NCBI GenBank assembly: GCA_029881425.1
Contig: JAOUMO010000003.1
Location: 1 to 35,625 of the forward strand
Direction of reading: 5' to 3'
DNA: 35,625 nt
Source of the DNA: Gammaproteobacteria bacterium
GTDB lineage: Bacteria; Pseudomonadota; Gammaproteobacteria; SZUA-229
The notes under the pieces were generated by a model. The model saw only the letters and a list, made by a program, of their open reading frames with translations. It was not told the origin of the DNA and searched no databases. This document shows positions 11,867-24,212 of this stretch, piece by piece. The position numbers and the translations under genes are program-made. How positions within the stretch are numbered: position 1 is the stretch's first letter; the number at the start of each line of letters is the position of its first letter.

Positions 11867-11985
11867 AAGAAAACGCAAATGGACGCGAACAGTGCTAATA
11901 AAACATTAACCCTGTAAACACCCCCAGCCTCAGCATAAAGCCATTCCTGTTATTTGCGTATATTCGCGTTCACTTGCATTTTCTC
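11867..11985. repeat. palindromic intergenic element, copy 1 (MITE/REP-like)
   Basis: Imperfect ~35-bp inverted arms (aagaaaacgcaaatggacgcgaacagtgctaataa / ttatttgcgtatattcgcgttcacttgcattttctc) made of 10-bp units; homolog at 20297-20408. Confidence 0.7.
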
Positions 11986-11996
11986 CTGTACTACAT

Positions 11997-12353
11997 CTAA
12001 TCCCTGAACTCGGAGACCCTTATCCGTCCATTGACCATACGTGATTCACGTTTCATGATTTTTTGCATTTTATCCCAGAAGGCCTGGTTCAAATCAAAGT
12101 CCTGCGCAATGGCTGTGCCCATGACCAGGATCAACAGGTCGGCACACTCCTCTGCCAGCGCCTCGACGGGCTTGCCCTTGGTGACACAGGCAGAAATTTC
12201 ACCCAGCTCTTCCGCCATCAGGGCCACACGATAACTGAGCTCTTCACCACCGGTATTTTTAAAATCATGTTTATCATGGAAGGCCTGGACCTCGGATAAC
12301 ATCGCTTCATATGAATCTTTTTTCATTATTTCTTTACCCTTAAAAATAATCAT
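11997..12353 (-). CDS. MazG-like nucleoside triphosphate pyrophosphohydrolase
   Basis: EELGE...EECAD all-alpha NTP-PPase motif; TAATG overlap with fetB (alternative start at 12326). Confidence 0.8.
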   Translation of the reverse strand: MIIFKGKEIMKKDSYEAMLSEVQAFHDKHDFKNTGGEELSYRVALMAEELGEISACVTKGKPVEALAEECADLLILVMGTAIAQDFDLNQAFWDKMQKIMKRESRMVNGRIRVSEFRD

Positions 12354-13150
12354 TACACCTGTTTTAACAGCTGGTCAAAACGCAATCTATGGCGCTCATC
12401 AAACAAACGTCGGGACATTAACCACAGCACCGAAATAACACCAAAACCCGTACCGCTGGTAATCAGGAACATGATCAGGATCTGGTATTTCACTGCCTCG
12501 ACCGGGGCCGCGCCGGCCAGAATCTGGCCCGTCATCATACCAGGCAAGCTCACAATACCCGCTGCCGCCATTGAATTAATAATGGGGATCATGCCGGCAC
12601 GCATACTGTCACGGCGTATTTCTGCCAGTGCCTGACTACTGGTCTGCCCCAGCATTAGACGCTGCTCAATAATCATGCGCTGCTGCCAGGCCGTTTGAAT
12701 CAGGCGATCCATACCCAGTGCAATACCGGTCATAGTATTACCCAGCAACATGCCCAGCAAGGGAATCGCATACTGGGGGTGATACCAGGGATCGGCCTGG
12801 ATAATGGTGGTCAGTGCCAGCAAGGTCACCATAAAGGAGGAAACAAATAGTGAGGCCGTACTGATACCAAAGCCCCACCAGACTTTTAATTTTCGATGTT
12901 GCCGCGACAGGATTTCCCAGCCCGCCACCGATAACATGACCAGGGTAATCATGATCACCCAGGCAATGTTTACATTGGAAAATACCGACTTCAGCACCAG
13001 GCCAATTAGTAACAACTGCACGGTTGTACGCAGGCCGGCGACCAGCAACTGGCGCGTGATCAGCAGCTGCATCTTCCAGCTCAGCAAAGCCAGCAACAAC
13101 ACCAGGCATGCGGCGAGTGATAGATCAAATGCAGTTAATTTAATCAGCAT
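12353..13150 (-). CDS. fetB: FetB/YbbM (UPF0014) ABC transporter permease
   Basis: RTTVQL, PQYAIPLLGMLLGNTM, GIVSLPGMMTGQILAG, AVKYQI. Confidence 0.88.
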   Translation of the reverse strand: MLIKLTAFDLSLAACLVLLLALLSWKMQLLITRQLLVAGLRTTVQLLLIGLVLKSVFSNVNIAWVIMITLVMLSVAGWEILSRQHRKLKVWWGFGISTASLFVSSFMVTLLALTTIIQADPWYHPQYAIPLLGMLLGNTMTGIALGMDRLIQTAWQQRMIIEQRLMLGQTSSQALAEIRRDSMRAGMIPIINSMAAAGIVSLPGMMTGQILAGAAPVEAVKYQILIMFLITSGTGFGVISVLWLMSRRLFDERHRLRFDQLLKQV

Positions 13151-13737
13151 AAATTGAGTCGTCCTTTTTCTATGGTGTATATTTTATGCGTGATACGCTG
13201 TAATTGCTCCCGGTCGTGGCTGACCCAGATGGCACAGGCATTATGCGTCGCAAGATAATCGGCAACAATCTGTTCGAAGCCGGTTGTGTTCTGCCGATCC
13301 AGGTTGGCAGTGGGCTCGTCCAGTAATAAAACCCGTGGTTGACTCGCCAGCATACGAATTAATGCCAGTCGCTGCTTTTCACCACTGGATAAACGGCTCA
13401 CCATCCAGTCAGCTACCTGTGGTTTAAAACCCAGTCGCTGAAATAGCTCAGTATCTGTGGCATTAAAATGCTCGCCAACGGTATCAAACCACCACTGGCT
13501 ATCTGCCGGCAACAGGGCAACCTGCTGGCGCCACTCCGGCGCCGCCACCGACTTACAATTGACATCGCCCAATAACACATCACCACGATGCTCATCCAGA
13601 TCGGCAATAGCCCTTAATAATAAACTTTTGCCACTACCCGACTCACCGGTCAGGCCGATACATTCACCCGCCTCGATCGCCAGGTCTACAGGACCACAGC
13701 CCTGGTACACCAGCTGGCTTACTTTTAATACGCTCAA
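13144..13737 (-). CDS. fetA: ABC transporter ATP-binding protein, FetA/YbbL-like
   Basis: TTG start overlapping the upstream TGA; GESGSGKS, LSSGEKQR, LLLDEPT, SHD; adjacent to fetB. Confidence 0.82.
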   Translation of the reverse strand: MSVLKVSQLVYQGCGPVDLAIEAGECIGLTGESGSGKSLLLRAIADLDEHRGDVLLGDVNCKSVAAPEWRQQVALLPADSQWWFDTVGEHFNATDTELFQRLGFKPQVADWMVSRLSSGEKQRLALIRMLASQPRVLLLDEPTANLDRQNTTGFEQIVADYLATHNACAIWVSHDREQLQRITHKIYTIEKGRLNLC

Positions 13738-15035
13738 TACATTACCTTTTTTATTTTATGGATCAGCCAGGTTGTCAGGATCGCCACCAGCAACAAACCC
13801 AGGGCGACCCATGGATTATTCAGTGTTTCTGGTGCGGTTACCAGTAGCAGCCCCAGCATCAGTAGCATATTACCCGAGATCAGCTTTAATAACCGACCCT
13901 CCTGCTCTGTCAGCTTGCGTGAACCCAGCTTTAATATAAACAACAACAGGATAAAAAGCAGCGGCACAATATAGATCAGGTTATACAACAGCAGGTAAAG
14001 ATAATACTGTGCGACGGATAAATCACTCAGCGTCAATAGACGCGTATACACCATAGGAAAACCAGCGGTACATAATAATTCATAACTATTCGCGGCCAGT
14101 GCCAGCACCAGGGTGGCCAACAGCATTGCCGGCAGGCTGTTAACGTTTAATAGCCTGCGCATGCGCCCAAACAGTCCCGACTTTAGGCTGTCCGGAATAC
14201 TCAGGCTTATACCTTCTCTAAACCAGAAATAATCTTTTATATTAATTATGGCCATAACTATCGCCACGACCCCGGCAACCAGGGTCATGATTCGCAGCTC
14301 GCCAAGGTACATAAACATATTCAACCAGGCCGCCATAAATACGAAGTACATCAGGCCTGAACAAAAGATAAACAGGCCACCAATGAACGCAATACGTGCA
14401 CGGCTTTGTACATGCACCAGCATACTCAGCAAAAAAAGCAGCACGAAGAATGCACAGGGATTAAAGGCATCCATCGCCGCTATCACCAACGTCATCACCG
14501 GCAACGAAAATGTATCGGCAGATAACTGGCCGATCAGTGGCAGTTCGAGATCTACCTGTCGACTTGCCCAGTCGAAGACCCTGCTATTATCGGGATGCTC
14601 AAGCCGTGCAAAGTTATAACAGGCCGCCAGCCATGATTTTAATTCCCTGCCGGTGGTCTGATAATCAGCATAACCGGTTACCATTTGCCCGCAGGCCATG
14701 AAGGCCGGCACGCTACTGGCCTGCTGTTTAAGCGCCTCGGCCATGCGTATATAGGCCTCTACATTATCTGCGTGCTCAGACAGTTCCAGCGAGTGTAAAG
14801 ACAGCCACGGATACTCAGCCGCGATACGTCGAACATCCGGCTCAGCCGTCAGGCAATGTGGGCATTTTTTTGACCAGAAAAAATACAGGTGAATCACTGG
14901 CTGCTGGTGCGTGTCGAGTCCATACCAGACAATATCGGTATCTGCCGCCCCAGCATACAGTACTGACAAGGACATCAGGATACTCGCCAATAGCAGTTTT
15001 AATACTCGCTGTCTCACACGCAGATACATTGCCAT
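13734..15035 (-). CDS. thioredoxin-fold (CPHC) plus CcdA/DsbD-beta-like membrane protein
   Basis: Signal peptide, C58-P-H-C61, SVP cis-Pro loop; multi-TM domain with DAFNPCAF and ELLCTAGFP cysteines; AGGAG RBS. Confidence 0.78.
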   Translation of the reverse strand: MAMYLRVRQRVLKLLLASILMSLSVLYAGAADTDIVWYGLDTHQQPVIHLYFFWSKKCPHCLTAEPDVRRIAAEYPWLSLHSLELSEHADNVEAYIRMAEALKQQASSVPAFMACGQMVTGYADYQTTGRELKSWLAACYNFARLEHPDNSRVFDWASRQVDLELPLIGQLSADTFSLPVMTLVIAAMDAFNPCAFFVLLFLLSMLVHVQSRARIAFIGGLFIFCSGLMYFVFMAAWLNMFMYLGELRIMTLVAGVVAIVMAIINIKDYFWFREGISLSIPDSLKSGLFGRMRRLLNVNSLPAMLLATLVLALAANSYELLCTAGFPMVYTRLLTLSDLSVAQYYLYLLLYNLIYIVPLLFILLLFILKLGSRKLTEQEGRLLKLISGNMLLMLGLLLVTAPETLNNPWVALGLLLVAILTTWLIHKIKKVMY

Positions 15036-15121
15036 AACTCCTTAACGGTCACGGGTTCACCGCCACGCATCAAATCATTAGCTGCTATACTCTATGCTAA
15101 CAAAGGCCCCTGTCAGTCACT

Positions 15122-15475
15122 ATGAAATATTTATTTATTGCCAGTATTTTATTTTTGTCCGGAAATCTGCATGCTGAGTCAAAAATAATTCAGGTTTATG
15201 GTATCAGCCAGACCTACTGGGATGTTAAGCCCGGCGATACGCTGGGCGAAATTATGCAACAGCTATTACCCCGCAACCGGTTTTTGCGCAAGCCGCTAAT
15301 GGAAGACATCGTTGCGATGAATCCGCAGGCTTTTATCAATAATGACCCAGCCAGGATGCGAGCCAACCAGCGTCTATGGCTACCTAACCATACCGCCCAT
15401 TTACGGGAAAATATAAACAGCGACAGGTATGCTATTCAGCAATTCAGCTGGGGCTATTTACAGCGCCTCAAATAA
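15122..15475 (+). CDS. exported stand-alone FimV-type LysM domain protein
   Basis: Signal peptide; [10 protein letters not shown]...[24 protein letters not shown]. Confidence 0.7.
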   Translation: MKYLFIASILFLSGNLHAESKIIQVYGISQTYWDVKPGDTLGEIMQQLLPRNRFLRKPLMEDIVAMNPQAFINNDPARMRANQRLWLPNHTAHLRENINSDRYAIQQFSWGYLQRLK

Positions 15476-16139
15476 GGCCGCGCTCGGCAAAGGACACCAC
15501 CTCGTCGCCAATCACAAAGTGATCCAGTACACGCACGTCGATCAGCGCCAGTGCGTCGATAAGACGCCGTGTAATACGTTCATCCGCTGAGCTTGGCTCG
15601 GCGACACCCGAGGGGTGATTGTGCGCAAAGATCACAGCGGCCGAATTATAGTGCAATGCCTTTTTCACTACCTCGCGCGGATAAACCGAGGCACCATCGA
15701 TGGTCCCCATGAACAACTCCTCAAAACAGATCACCCGGTGACGCTGGTCCAGGAACAGTGCAGCAAACACCTCATGCTGATAATCACGTAACTGATCGGT
15801 TAAATACTGGCGTGTCTCCGTCGGGCTGGTCAGTGCATCGCCCCGTTTCAGGGTTTCAAACAAATAACGCCGTGCCATTTCCAGTACCGCCTGTAACTGG
15901 GCGTACTTGGCATTACCAAGACCCGCATGACTACAGAACTCCGGCATATCCGCCTTTAGCAAATGGCGTAGACCACCAAAACCCTGCAACAGGTCCTGCG
16001 ATAAATCGACTGCGGTTTTGCCGCGGATACCGGTACGTAAAAAGATCGCCAGTAGTTCCGCATCACTGAGTGATGCAGCACCCTGTGCAAGTAATTTTTC
16101 CCTGGGGCGTTCTGCCAGGGGCCAGTCGGTTATTGCCAT
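15468..16139 (-). CDS. radC: RadC (JAB domain) protein
   Basis: MAITDWP..ERPREKL, AHNHPSG, DHFVIG; start moved to ATG 16139; divergent from coaBC. Confidence 0.95.
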   Translation of the reverse strand: MAITDWPLAERPREKLLAQGAASLSDAELLAIFLRTGIRGKTAVDLSQDLLQGFGGLRHLLKADMPEFCSHAGLGNAKYAQLQAVLEMARRYLFETLKRGDALTSPTETRQYLTDQLRDYQHEVFAALFLDQRHRVICFEELFMGTIDGASVYPREVVKKALHYNSAAVIFAHNHPSGVAEPSSADERITRRLIDALALIDVRVLDHFVIGDEVVSFAERGLI

Positions 16140-16255
16140 TTCACATCCCTGTTTGAAAAAGACCAAGTCTACTGCTGTGCCAATACTACCGCATTCGATA
16201 CGCTCTTTAACAGTTGTAAGATAAAGCCGGTAACAATCTGGTAAAATGTCCCACA

Positions 16256-17488
16256 ATGAGCCATTTAAACAACAAACATATTCTACTCGCCATCAGCGGC
16301 GGTATTGCCGCCTATAAGAGTGCCGAGCTTTTGCGTCGCCTACAGGATGCGGGCGCCAAGGTGCGCGTGGTGATGACCCGGGCAGCCACGGCGTTTGTAA
16401 CACCACTCACCTTCCAGGCCCTGTCTGGCCAGCCTGTACACCTCGACCTGCTGGATTCCGAGTCAGAAGCGGCGATGGGCCATATCGAACTGGCACGCTG
16501 GGCCGATGCCATACTGTTAGCACCGGCAACGGCTAACACCCTGGCGAAACTGGCCCATGGCCGTGCCGATGACCTGGTCTCTGCCGTGTGTCTCGCCAGC
16601 AAGGCACCGCTGGCTGTGGCGCCTGCAATGAACCACGTGATGTGGTCAGCCGAGGCAACACAGGACAACCTTCGACAACTGGTCGATCGGGGCGTACACA
16701 TCTTTGGTCCCGATGCGGGCTACCAGGCCTGCGGCGAAACCGGTGAGGGCCGTATGCTCGCAGTCGGCGATCTGCTGGATAGAACGGCTGCACTATTTGC
16801 ACCAGGGCCACTCCAGGATATCAACATCATGATTACGGCCGGCCCCACCTATGAGGCCATTGACCCGGTACGTTTTATTGGTAACCGGAGTTCGGGGCGC
16901 ATGGGCTATGCGCTGGCACAGGCGGCACAACAGGCCGGCGCCCATGTGACGCTGGTCAGTGGACCGGTCGCCCTGCCACCACCACCCGGGGTGACCACCA
17001 TCAGGGTAGAATCCGCACGGCAGATGTATGACGCGGTGATGAGCGATATCGCCCAGCAGGCCATTTTTATCGCCACCGCCGCTGTTGCTGATTACACCCC
17101 GGCACAAACCCATGACCAGAAAATAAAAAAATCTGCTGAACAGCTGAGCATCCAGCTACAGCGTAATCCCGATATCCTCGGCGAGGTAGCCGCACAAAAC
17201 AGGCCGCCCTTCAGCGTTGGTTTTGCTGCCGAAACACAGGATGTGCAGGCCCATGCCCGAGCCAAATTACGCCAGAAAAAACTGGATATGATTGCCGCCA
17301 ATCTTGTCGCATGCAATCCAGCCGATGAAGAAGACATTGGCTTCAACAGCGAATACAATGCACTGGATGTCTTCTGGGGCGAACACCATGTTCACCTGGA
17401 AAAAGCCAGAAAAACCGAGATTGCACGCCAGCTGATGCAATTAATTACCGAACACTATCAACTAAAAAACCATTCAAAATCCCTATGA
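16256..17488 (+). CDS. coaBC: phosphopantothenoylcysteine decarboxylase / phosphopantothenate-cysteine ligase
   Basis: [51 protein letters not shown]. Confidence 0.97.
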   Translation: MSHLNNKHILLAISGGIAAYKSAELLRRLQDAGAKVRVVMTRAATAFVTPLTFQALSGQPVHLDLLDSESEAAMGHIELARWADAILLAPATANTLAKLAHGRADDLVSAVCLASKAPLAVAPAMNHVMWSAEATQDNLRQLVDRGVHIFGPDAGYQACGETGEGRMLAVGDLLDRTAALFAPGPLQDINIMITAGPTYEAIDPVRFIGNRSSGRMGYALAQAAQQAGAHVTLVSGPVALPPPPGVTTIRVESARQMYDAVMSDIAQQAIFIATAAVADYTPAQTHDQKIKKSAEQLSIQLQRNPDILGEVAAQNRPPFSVGFAAETQDVQAHARAKLRQKKLDMIAANLVACNPADEEDIGFNSEYNALDVFWGEHHVHLEKARKTEIARQLMQLITEHYQLKNHSKSL

Positions 17489-17940
17489 AAAAAATCCAGT
17501 TAAAAGTACTCGACCCCCGTATTGGCAATGAAATCCCCCTGCCCAGACACGCCACCGAAGGCTCGGCCGGCATGGACCTGCGCGCCTGTATTGACGATAC
17601 CTTTATACTCAGGCCCGGTGATACCGAGCTGATTCCCACCGGCATTGCGATCCATATCGGCGACCCCTCACTGGCAGCAACCATCCTGCCCCGCTCGGGC
17701 CTGGGCCACAAGCACGGCATCGTACTCGGCAACCTGGTGGGCCTGATTGACTCGGACTACCAGGGCCAGCTGTTTGTCTCTATCTGGAACCGGGGCAATA
17801 AGGACTTCACCATCGAGGTCGGTGACCGTATTGCACAACTGGTCTTCCTGCCCGTAATACAGGTGGATTTCGACGAGGTTGAAGAATTTGATGACAGTGC
17901 CCGCGGTGCAGGCGGCTTTGGGCATTCGGGCCAGAAATAA
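17485..17940 (+). CDS. dut: dUTP diphosphatase
   Basis: [32 protein letters not shown]. Confidence 0.98.
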   Translation: MKKIQLKVLDPRIGNEIPLPRHATEGSAGMDLRACIDDTFILRPGDTELIPTGIAIHIGDPSLAATILPRSGLGHKHGIVLGNLVGLIDSDYQGQLFVSIWNRGNKDFTIEVGDRIAQLVFLPVIQVDFDEVEEFDDSARGAGGFGHSGQK

Positions 17941-17960
17941 GTTTACGTGTCTATTGTGCA

Positions 17961-20235
<2,275 letters not shown>

Positions 20236-20296
20236 TAGATGAAGCTAAATGCCTGAATAACAGCATTACTTTTTGCTAGTTATTTGTGCAACGAAA

Positions 20297-20408
20297 AAGA
20301 AAACGCGAATAAAGGCAGCTATTATTTATAGACACTTGCCTTCGCTCAGAATAACAATGAAATCATTATTATTTATTTGCGTGCATTCGCGTGAATTTGC
20401 GTTCTCTT
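20297..20408. repeat. palindromic intergenic element, copy 2
   Basis: Left arm aagaaaacgcgaataaaggc; right arm ttatttgcgtgcattcgcgtgaatttgcgttctctt, 28/36 identical to the copy 1 right arm by hand count. Confidence 0.7.
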
Positions 20409-20466
20409 TTAATATCGAATTGGCCAATACTGGCTATCTACCCTGAAATATTAAGCAACAATAAAT

Positions 20467-21180
20467 TCAAGGTGATTTCTTACGCAACCACTCGGTAAGC
20501 CCTTCATTACTGAAAGTCTTGCTATCGGCTACTGGCTCGATAATTTCGGCCTCATCATTAATTTCGGGATAGGGGATTTTTTTCGCCTTACAGTACCGTG
20601 TTACCTGGGGGTGACAGCCCTCGAACAACAGTCGCTTATAAACATCATCGCTCAATCGTCGTTGCTCATACATGCCCGCCAGCTCTCGCTGGCGTTGTGC
20701 CTCATACAATACCAGCGCGGTCGCTACCGAGACATTGAGTGACTGCACATGGCCAAACATGGGAATGGTAATATGCTCGTCGGCCAGTGCCATGGCCTGT
20801 TCACTGATGCCTTCGAGTTCTGTGCCAACGAGGATCGCTGTCGGCTTTGTATAATCCACTTCACGAAAATTTTTCGAATCATCGGCAAGACAGGTGGTAA
20901 CGATCTGCATCCCCTGTGCCTTAAGCTGTTGCACACAGGCTTCTGTCGTCTTGTGGCAATGCAACTGGATCCATTTACGCACACCACCGGCCGACATTTG
21001 TGACAGCTTGATGGATTTCTTTTCTGTAATGGCATGTACATCCAGGCAGCCTACCGCATCGGAACTCCTGGCTACAGCCGCCAGGTTATGCGGCTTGATG
21101 ACATTCTCCATAATCACGGTTAAATCTGGCTGGCGACGATTGAGACTGGCAATAATAATCTGTAGACGGTCTGGCGTCAT
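20467..21180 (-). CDS. trmH: tRNA (guanosine-18 2'-O)-methyltransferase
   Basis: RRQPDLTV.ME...KPHN..A..R..DAVG, G.E..G, IPM.G.VQSLNVSVA, YEAQRQR. Confidence 0.94.
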   Translation of the reverse strand: MTPDRLQIIIASLNRRQPDLTVIMENVIKPHNLAAVARSSDAVGCLDVHAITEKKSIKLSQMSAGGVRKWIQLHCHKTTEACVQQLKAQGMQIVTTCLADDSKNFREVDYTKPTAILVGTELEGISEQAMALADEHITIPMFGHVQSLNVSVATALVLYEAQRQRELAGMYEQRRLSDDVYKRLLFEGCHPQVTRYCKAKKIPYPEINDEAEIIEPVADSKTFSNEGLTEWLRKKSP

Positions 21181-21255
21181 ATAAGCAACAAAGGGTTAAT
21201 ATCAGGGGGCCTGAATGTTAACAGATCTATTGGCTGGGTGGGCAAACGACAAAGG

Positions 21256-21879
21256 CTATTTTTTCTTTCGTGCCTGCTTCAGGGTACGGAAACGCCTGAT
21301 ATCCTGGTCGAAGCTCTGTAATATCTTTTCACGTTCCTGGCTTTTTGTCTCGACATAGTGATAACTGGTTTCGAGCTGCCGGGTGACACCTTTCAGTTCA
21401 TCGAGGGTATTTTCGGGTACTTCCCTGCCCGATTTTTCAATATTTTCAATGTGTGCCCTGAGTTTTTTTACCTTCTTCTCGTGATCCTTAATAATGGTCT
21501 CTGTGAGGTTGATCTGTGAATCGATGGAGTCAATGCGCGCGTCACGCACCATCAGGATATCCCGTTCCGTAGTAAAGGTATCCAGCAGCACGCGGTCCCT
21601 CAGGTCCTTTTTCTTCTGTTCGATCAGGGCCTGCTTCTGTATTTCTAACTGCCTCGCCTCCTCGGTCAGCTCCTTCTCCGTCTTCATCGCATTGACTTCT
21701 TCGATGACCACGCCCTGAGAACTCAGTACGGCCCGATCCTTACCTAAATATTCAGAAGGTACCGCATCACCATAGTGGACATGCCCCTCTTCATCGACCC
21801 ATCGGTTGAGCCCGGCCTGCACTGGGGTTATCGCAACAACCACAACTAACTGTACAAACCATCGAGAAAACTGCTTCAC
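21256..21879 (-). CDS. DUF4124 domain exported protein with coiled-coil C-terminus
   Basis: GTG start, GGAGG RBS; signal peptide, RWVDEEGHVHYGDAVP, DRVLLDTF. Confidence 0.8.
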   Translation of the reverse strand: MKQFSRWFVQLVVVVAITPVQAGLNRWVDEEGHVHYGDAVPSEYLGKDRAVLSSQGVVIEEVNAMKTEKELTEEARQLEIQKQALIEQKKKDLRDRVLLDTFTTERDILMVRDARIDSIDSQINLTETIIKDHEKKVKKLRAHIENIEKSGREVPENTLDELKGVTRQLETSYHYVETKSQEREKILQSFDQDIRRFRTLKQARKKK

Positions 21880-21985
21880 CCCTTACCTCCACAACTATTT
21901 ATTTACGTTAATGAGTATATACAGCATTTGGGCTTTTTGCCCCGATGCGGCAAAATAAGCACCAACATCCTGAAAAGCCCCTGTA

Positions 21986-22738
21986 ATGGAACTAGACCAG
22001 CTACTTTTATTTATTATTTCCCTGATGGCCAACCTGTTTTCCGCACTGGCCGGTGGTGGTGCGGGGCTGATCCAGCTACCCGCGCTGATTTTCCTTGGCC
22101 TGCCCTTTGGTATCGCCCTGGCGACGCACAAGGTCGCCAGCGTTGCCCTGGGGGTGGGCGCGACACTACGCCATCTCAGGAGCAGCCCACTGGAACGCCG
22201 TTTTGCCCTGTTGATACTGGCTTACGGTATGCCCGGTGTCATCCTCGGTGCCAGCATCATCCTCACCGTGCCCGACCGGATGGCGGAACTCGCGCTTGGC
22301 ATACTCACCATGGGGCTGGGTATTTACTCCTGGCTGTCACCAGAGCTGGGGCAGCACCTCAAACCCAGTCACCGCAAGGGCCCCAGCCTGGTTTTTGGTG
22401 GTCTGGTCCTGTTTCTAATTGGCGTGCTGAACGGCTCGCTCACCTCGGGCACCGGCCTGTTCGTAACCCTCTGGCTGGTACGCTGGTTTGGTATGGACTA
22501 CAAGCTGGCGGTTGCCTACACCTTAATCCTGGTCGGTCTCTTCTGGAACGGCATAGGCGCGGTCACCCTAGGCCTGCTCGGTGATATTTACTGGCAGTGG
22601 TTACCCGCCCTGCTACTGGGTTCACTGATTGGTGGCTACCTGGGCGCGCACCTGTCAATCATCAAGGGCAACCGGCTCATCAAACGTAGCTACGAAGTGA
22701 TTACACTACTGGTCGGGCTCAAGCTGATCCTGAGTTAA
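21986..22738 (+). CDS. TSUP (TauE/SafE) family membrane transporter
   Basis: [21 protein letters not shown]; two-repeat multi-TM topology. Confidence 0.88.
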   Translation: MELDQLLLFIISLMANLFSALAGGGAGLIQLPALIFLGLPFGIALATHKVASVALGVGATLRHLRSSPLERRFALLILAYGMPGVILGASIILTVPDRMAELALGILTMGLGIYSWLSPELGQHLKPSHRKGPSLVFGGLVLFLIGVLNGSLTSGTGLFVTLWLVRWFGMDYKLAVAYTLILVGLFWNGIGAVTLGLLGDIYWQWLPALLLGSLIGGYLGAHLSIIKGNRLIKRSYEVITLLVGLKLILS

Positions 22739-23376
22739 CAGCCATACTCGGCACGATAGAATTTCATGGCATCCAGCATCTCATTTTCTTCGCCCTTTTC
22801 TGACAGGTACTGGATCAGGTGCTCCATATTCACGATACTGGCCACATCCAGGCCGTACTCCTGCTTCACCTGCTGGATGGCCGACAGGTCACCCGTGCCC
22901 TTCTCCTGCCGATCCAGCGCAATCACCACGCCGACGCTGGTGGCATCTGCCGCATCGATAATATCAATCGCCTCGCGGATCGCGGTACCGGCAGTGATGA
23001 CGTCATCCAGGATCAGCACACGGCCGGCCAGTGGCGCACCGACAATATTGCCCCCCTCGCCATGCGCCTTCTTCTCCTTACGGTTAAAGGCATAGGGCAT
23101 ATCAATGCCATGGTCCTGGTACATCGCCATCGCGGTCACCGCCACCAGTGGGATCCCCTTATAGGCAGGGCCGAACATAACATCATAGGCGATACCGCTA
23201 TCCACTATCGCCTGGGCATAGCAACGCCCCAGCTCGGCCAGCGCCTTACCGGTATTGAACAGCCCCGCATTAAAGAAATAGGGACTGACACGACCCGACT
23301 TGAGTTTAAATTCACCAAATCGAAGGACATTGTACTCGAGTGCGAGCTCAATGAAGCGGTGCTGGTTATATTGCAT
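22735..23376 (-). CDS. pyrE: orotate phosphoribosyltransferase
   Basis: [40 protein letters not shown]; start ATG 23376. Confidence 0.97.
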   Translation of the reverse strand: MQYNQHRFIELALEYNVLRFGEFKLKSGRVSPYFFNAGLFNTGKALAELGRCYAQAIVDSGIAYDVMFGPAYKGIPLVAVTAMAMYQDHGIDMPYAFNRKEKKAHGEGGNIVGAPLAGRVLILDDVITAGTAIREAIDIIDAADATSVGVVIALDRQEKGTGDLSAIQQVKQEYGLDVASIVNMEHLIQYLSEKGEENEMLDAMKFYRAEYGC

Positions 23377-23438
23377 GATCCTGCCTGTGTAGTTGTGTAG
23401 AATAGCTGCACTCATAATTATAAATGCAATTTGATTTG

Positions 23439-24212
23439 ATGCGAATTATATCAGTAAATACCAATGGTATCCGCGCCGCCGCGCGCAAGGGCTTCTTCGA
23501 CTGGCTAAAGAAACAGAAGGCCGATGTGATCTGCATCCAGGAGACCAAGGCACAGGAACACCAGCTGAGCGACGAGATCTTCTGCCCCCGGGGCTATCAC
23601 TGCTACTATCACGATGCCGAAAAAAAGGGCTACAGCGGCGTTGCTATTTATAGTAAAAAGGAACCGAAAAAGATCATCAATGGCATTGGCATGCATGATA
23701 TTGATGTCGAGGGGCGCTACATCGAAGTTCAGTTCGATCAACTGAGCGTAATCTCCCTCTACATGCATTCAGGTTCCTCCAGTGAAGAACGCCAGCTATT
23801 AAAGTTTGATTTCATGGCACGCTTCAAACTCTATTTACAGAAACTCCGGCGCAAACGCCGTGAGTACATCATCTGTGGTGACTGGAACATCGCGCATAAA
23901 AATATCGATATAAAAAACTGGCGTAGCAACCAGAAAAATTCCGGCTTCCTGCCCGAAGAGCGCGAATGGCTGGACCAGCTGTTTGATGAGGTGGGTTATG
24001 TGGACGCCTTCCGTGTCGTGGATCAGCGACCCGACCAGTACACCTGGTGGAGCAACCGGGGCCAGGCCTGGGCCAATAATACGGGCTGGCGCATTGATTA
24101 CCAGATCATCACGCCCAGGCTAAAAGACACGGTGAAAAAGGCCAGCATCTATAAAGACGAACGCTTCTCGGATCACGCCCCCTTAATTATTGATTACGAC
24201 TACGAACTCTAA
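23439..24212 (+). CDS. xth: exodeoxyribonuclease III family AP endonuclease (Crc-related clade)
   Basis: N.NGIRA, QETK, GDWNIAH, WWSNR, GWRIDY, SDHAP; start ATG 23439. Confidence 0.92.
   Translation: MRIISVNTNGIRAAARKGFFDWLKKQKADVICIQETKAQEHQLSDEIFCPRGYHCYYHDAEKKGYSGVAIYSKKEPKKIINGIGMHDIDVEGRYIEVQFDQLSVISLYMHSGSSSEERQLLKFDFMARFKLYLQKLRRKRREYIICGDWNIAHKNIDIKNWRSNQKNSGFLPEEREWLDQLFDEVGYVDAFRVVDQRPDQYTWWSNRGQAWANNTGWRIDYQIITPRLKDTVKKASIYKDERFSDHAPLIIDYDYEL

Noticed and set aside
11997-12353. MazG-like gene (or the thermonuclease) as part of an anti-phage system
   Set aside because: Both sit in housekeeping contexts with no defence-associated neighbours.
12339-12357. Fur-box-like cttaaaaataatcattaca at the fetB/MazG junction
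   Set aside because: Only 13/19 match, largely explained by the TAATG stop/start overlap in AT-rich sequence.
15468-16139. radC as a marker of a mobile element
   Set aside because: Full-length chromosomal type in the canonical position divergent from coaBC.
21928-23400. Long alternative ORFs 21928-22584 and 22819-23400
   Set aside because: Off-frame or antisense shadows of the TSUP gene and pyrE; no motifs.
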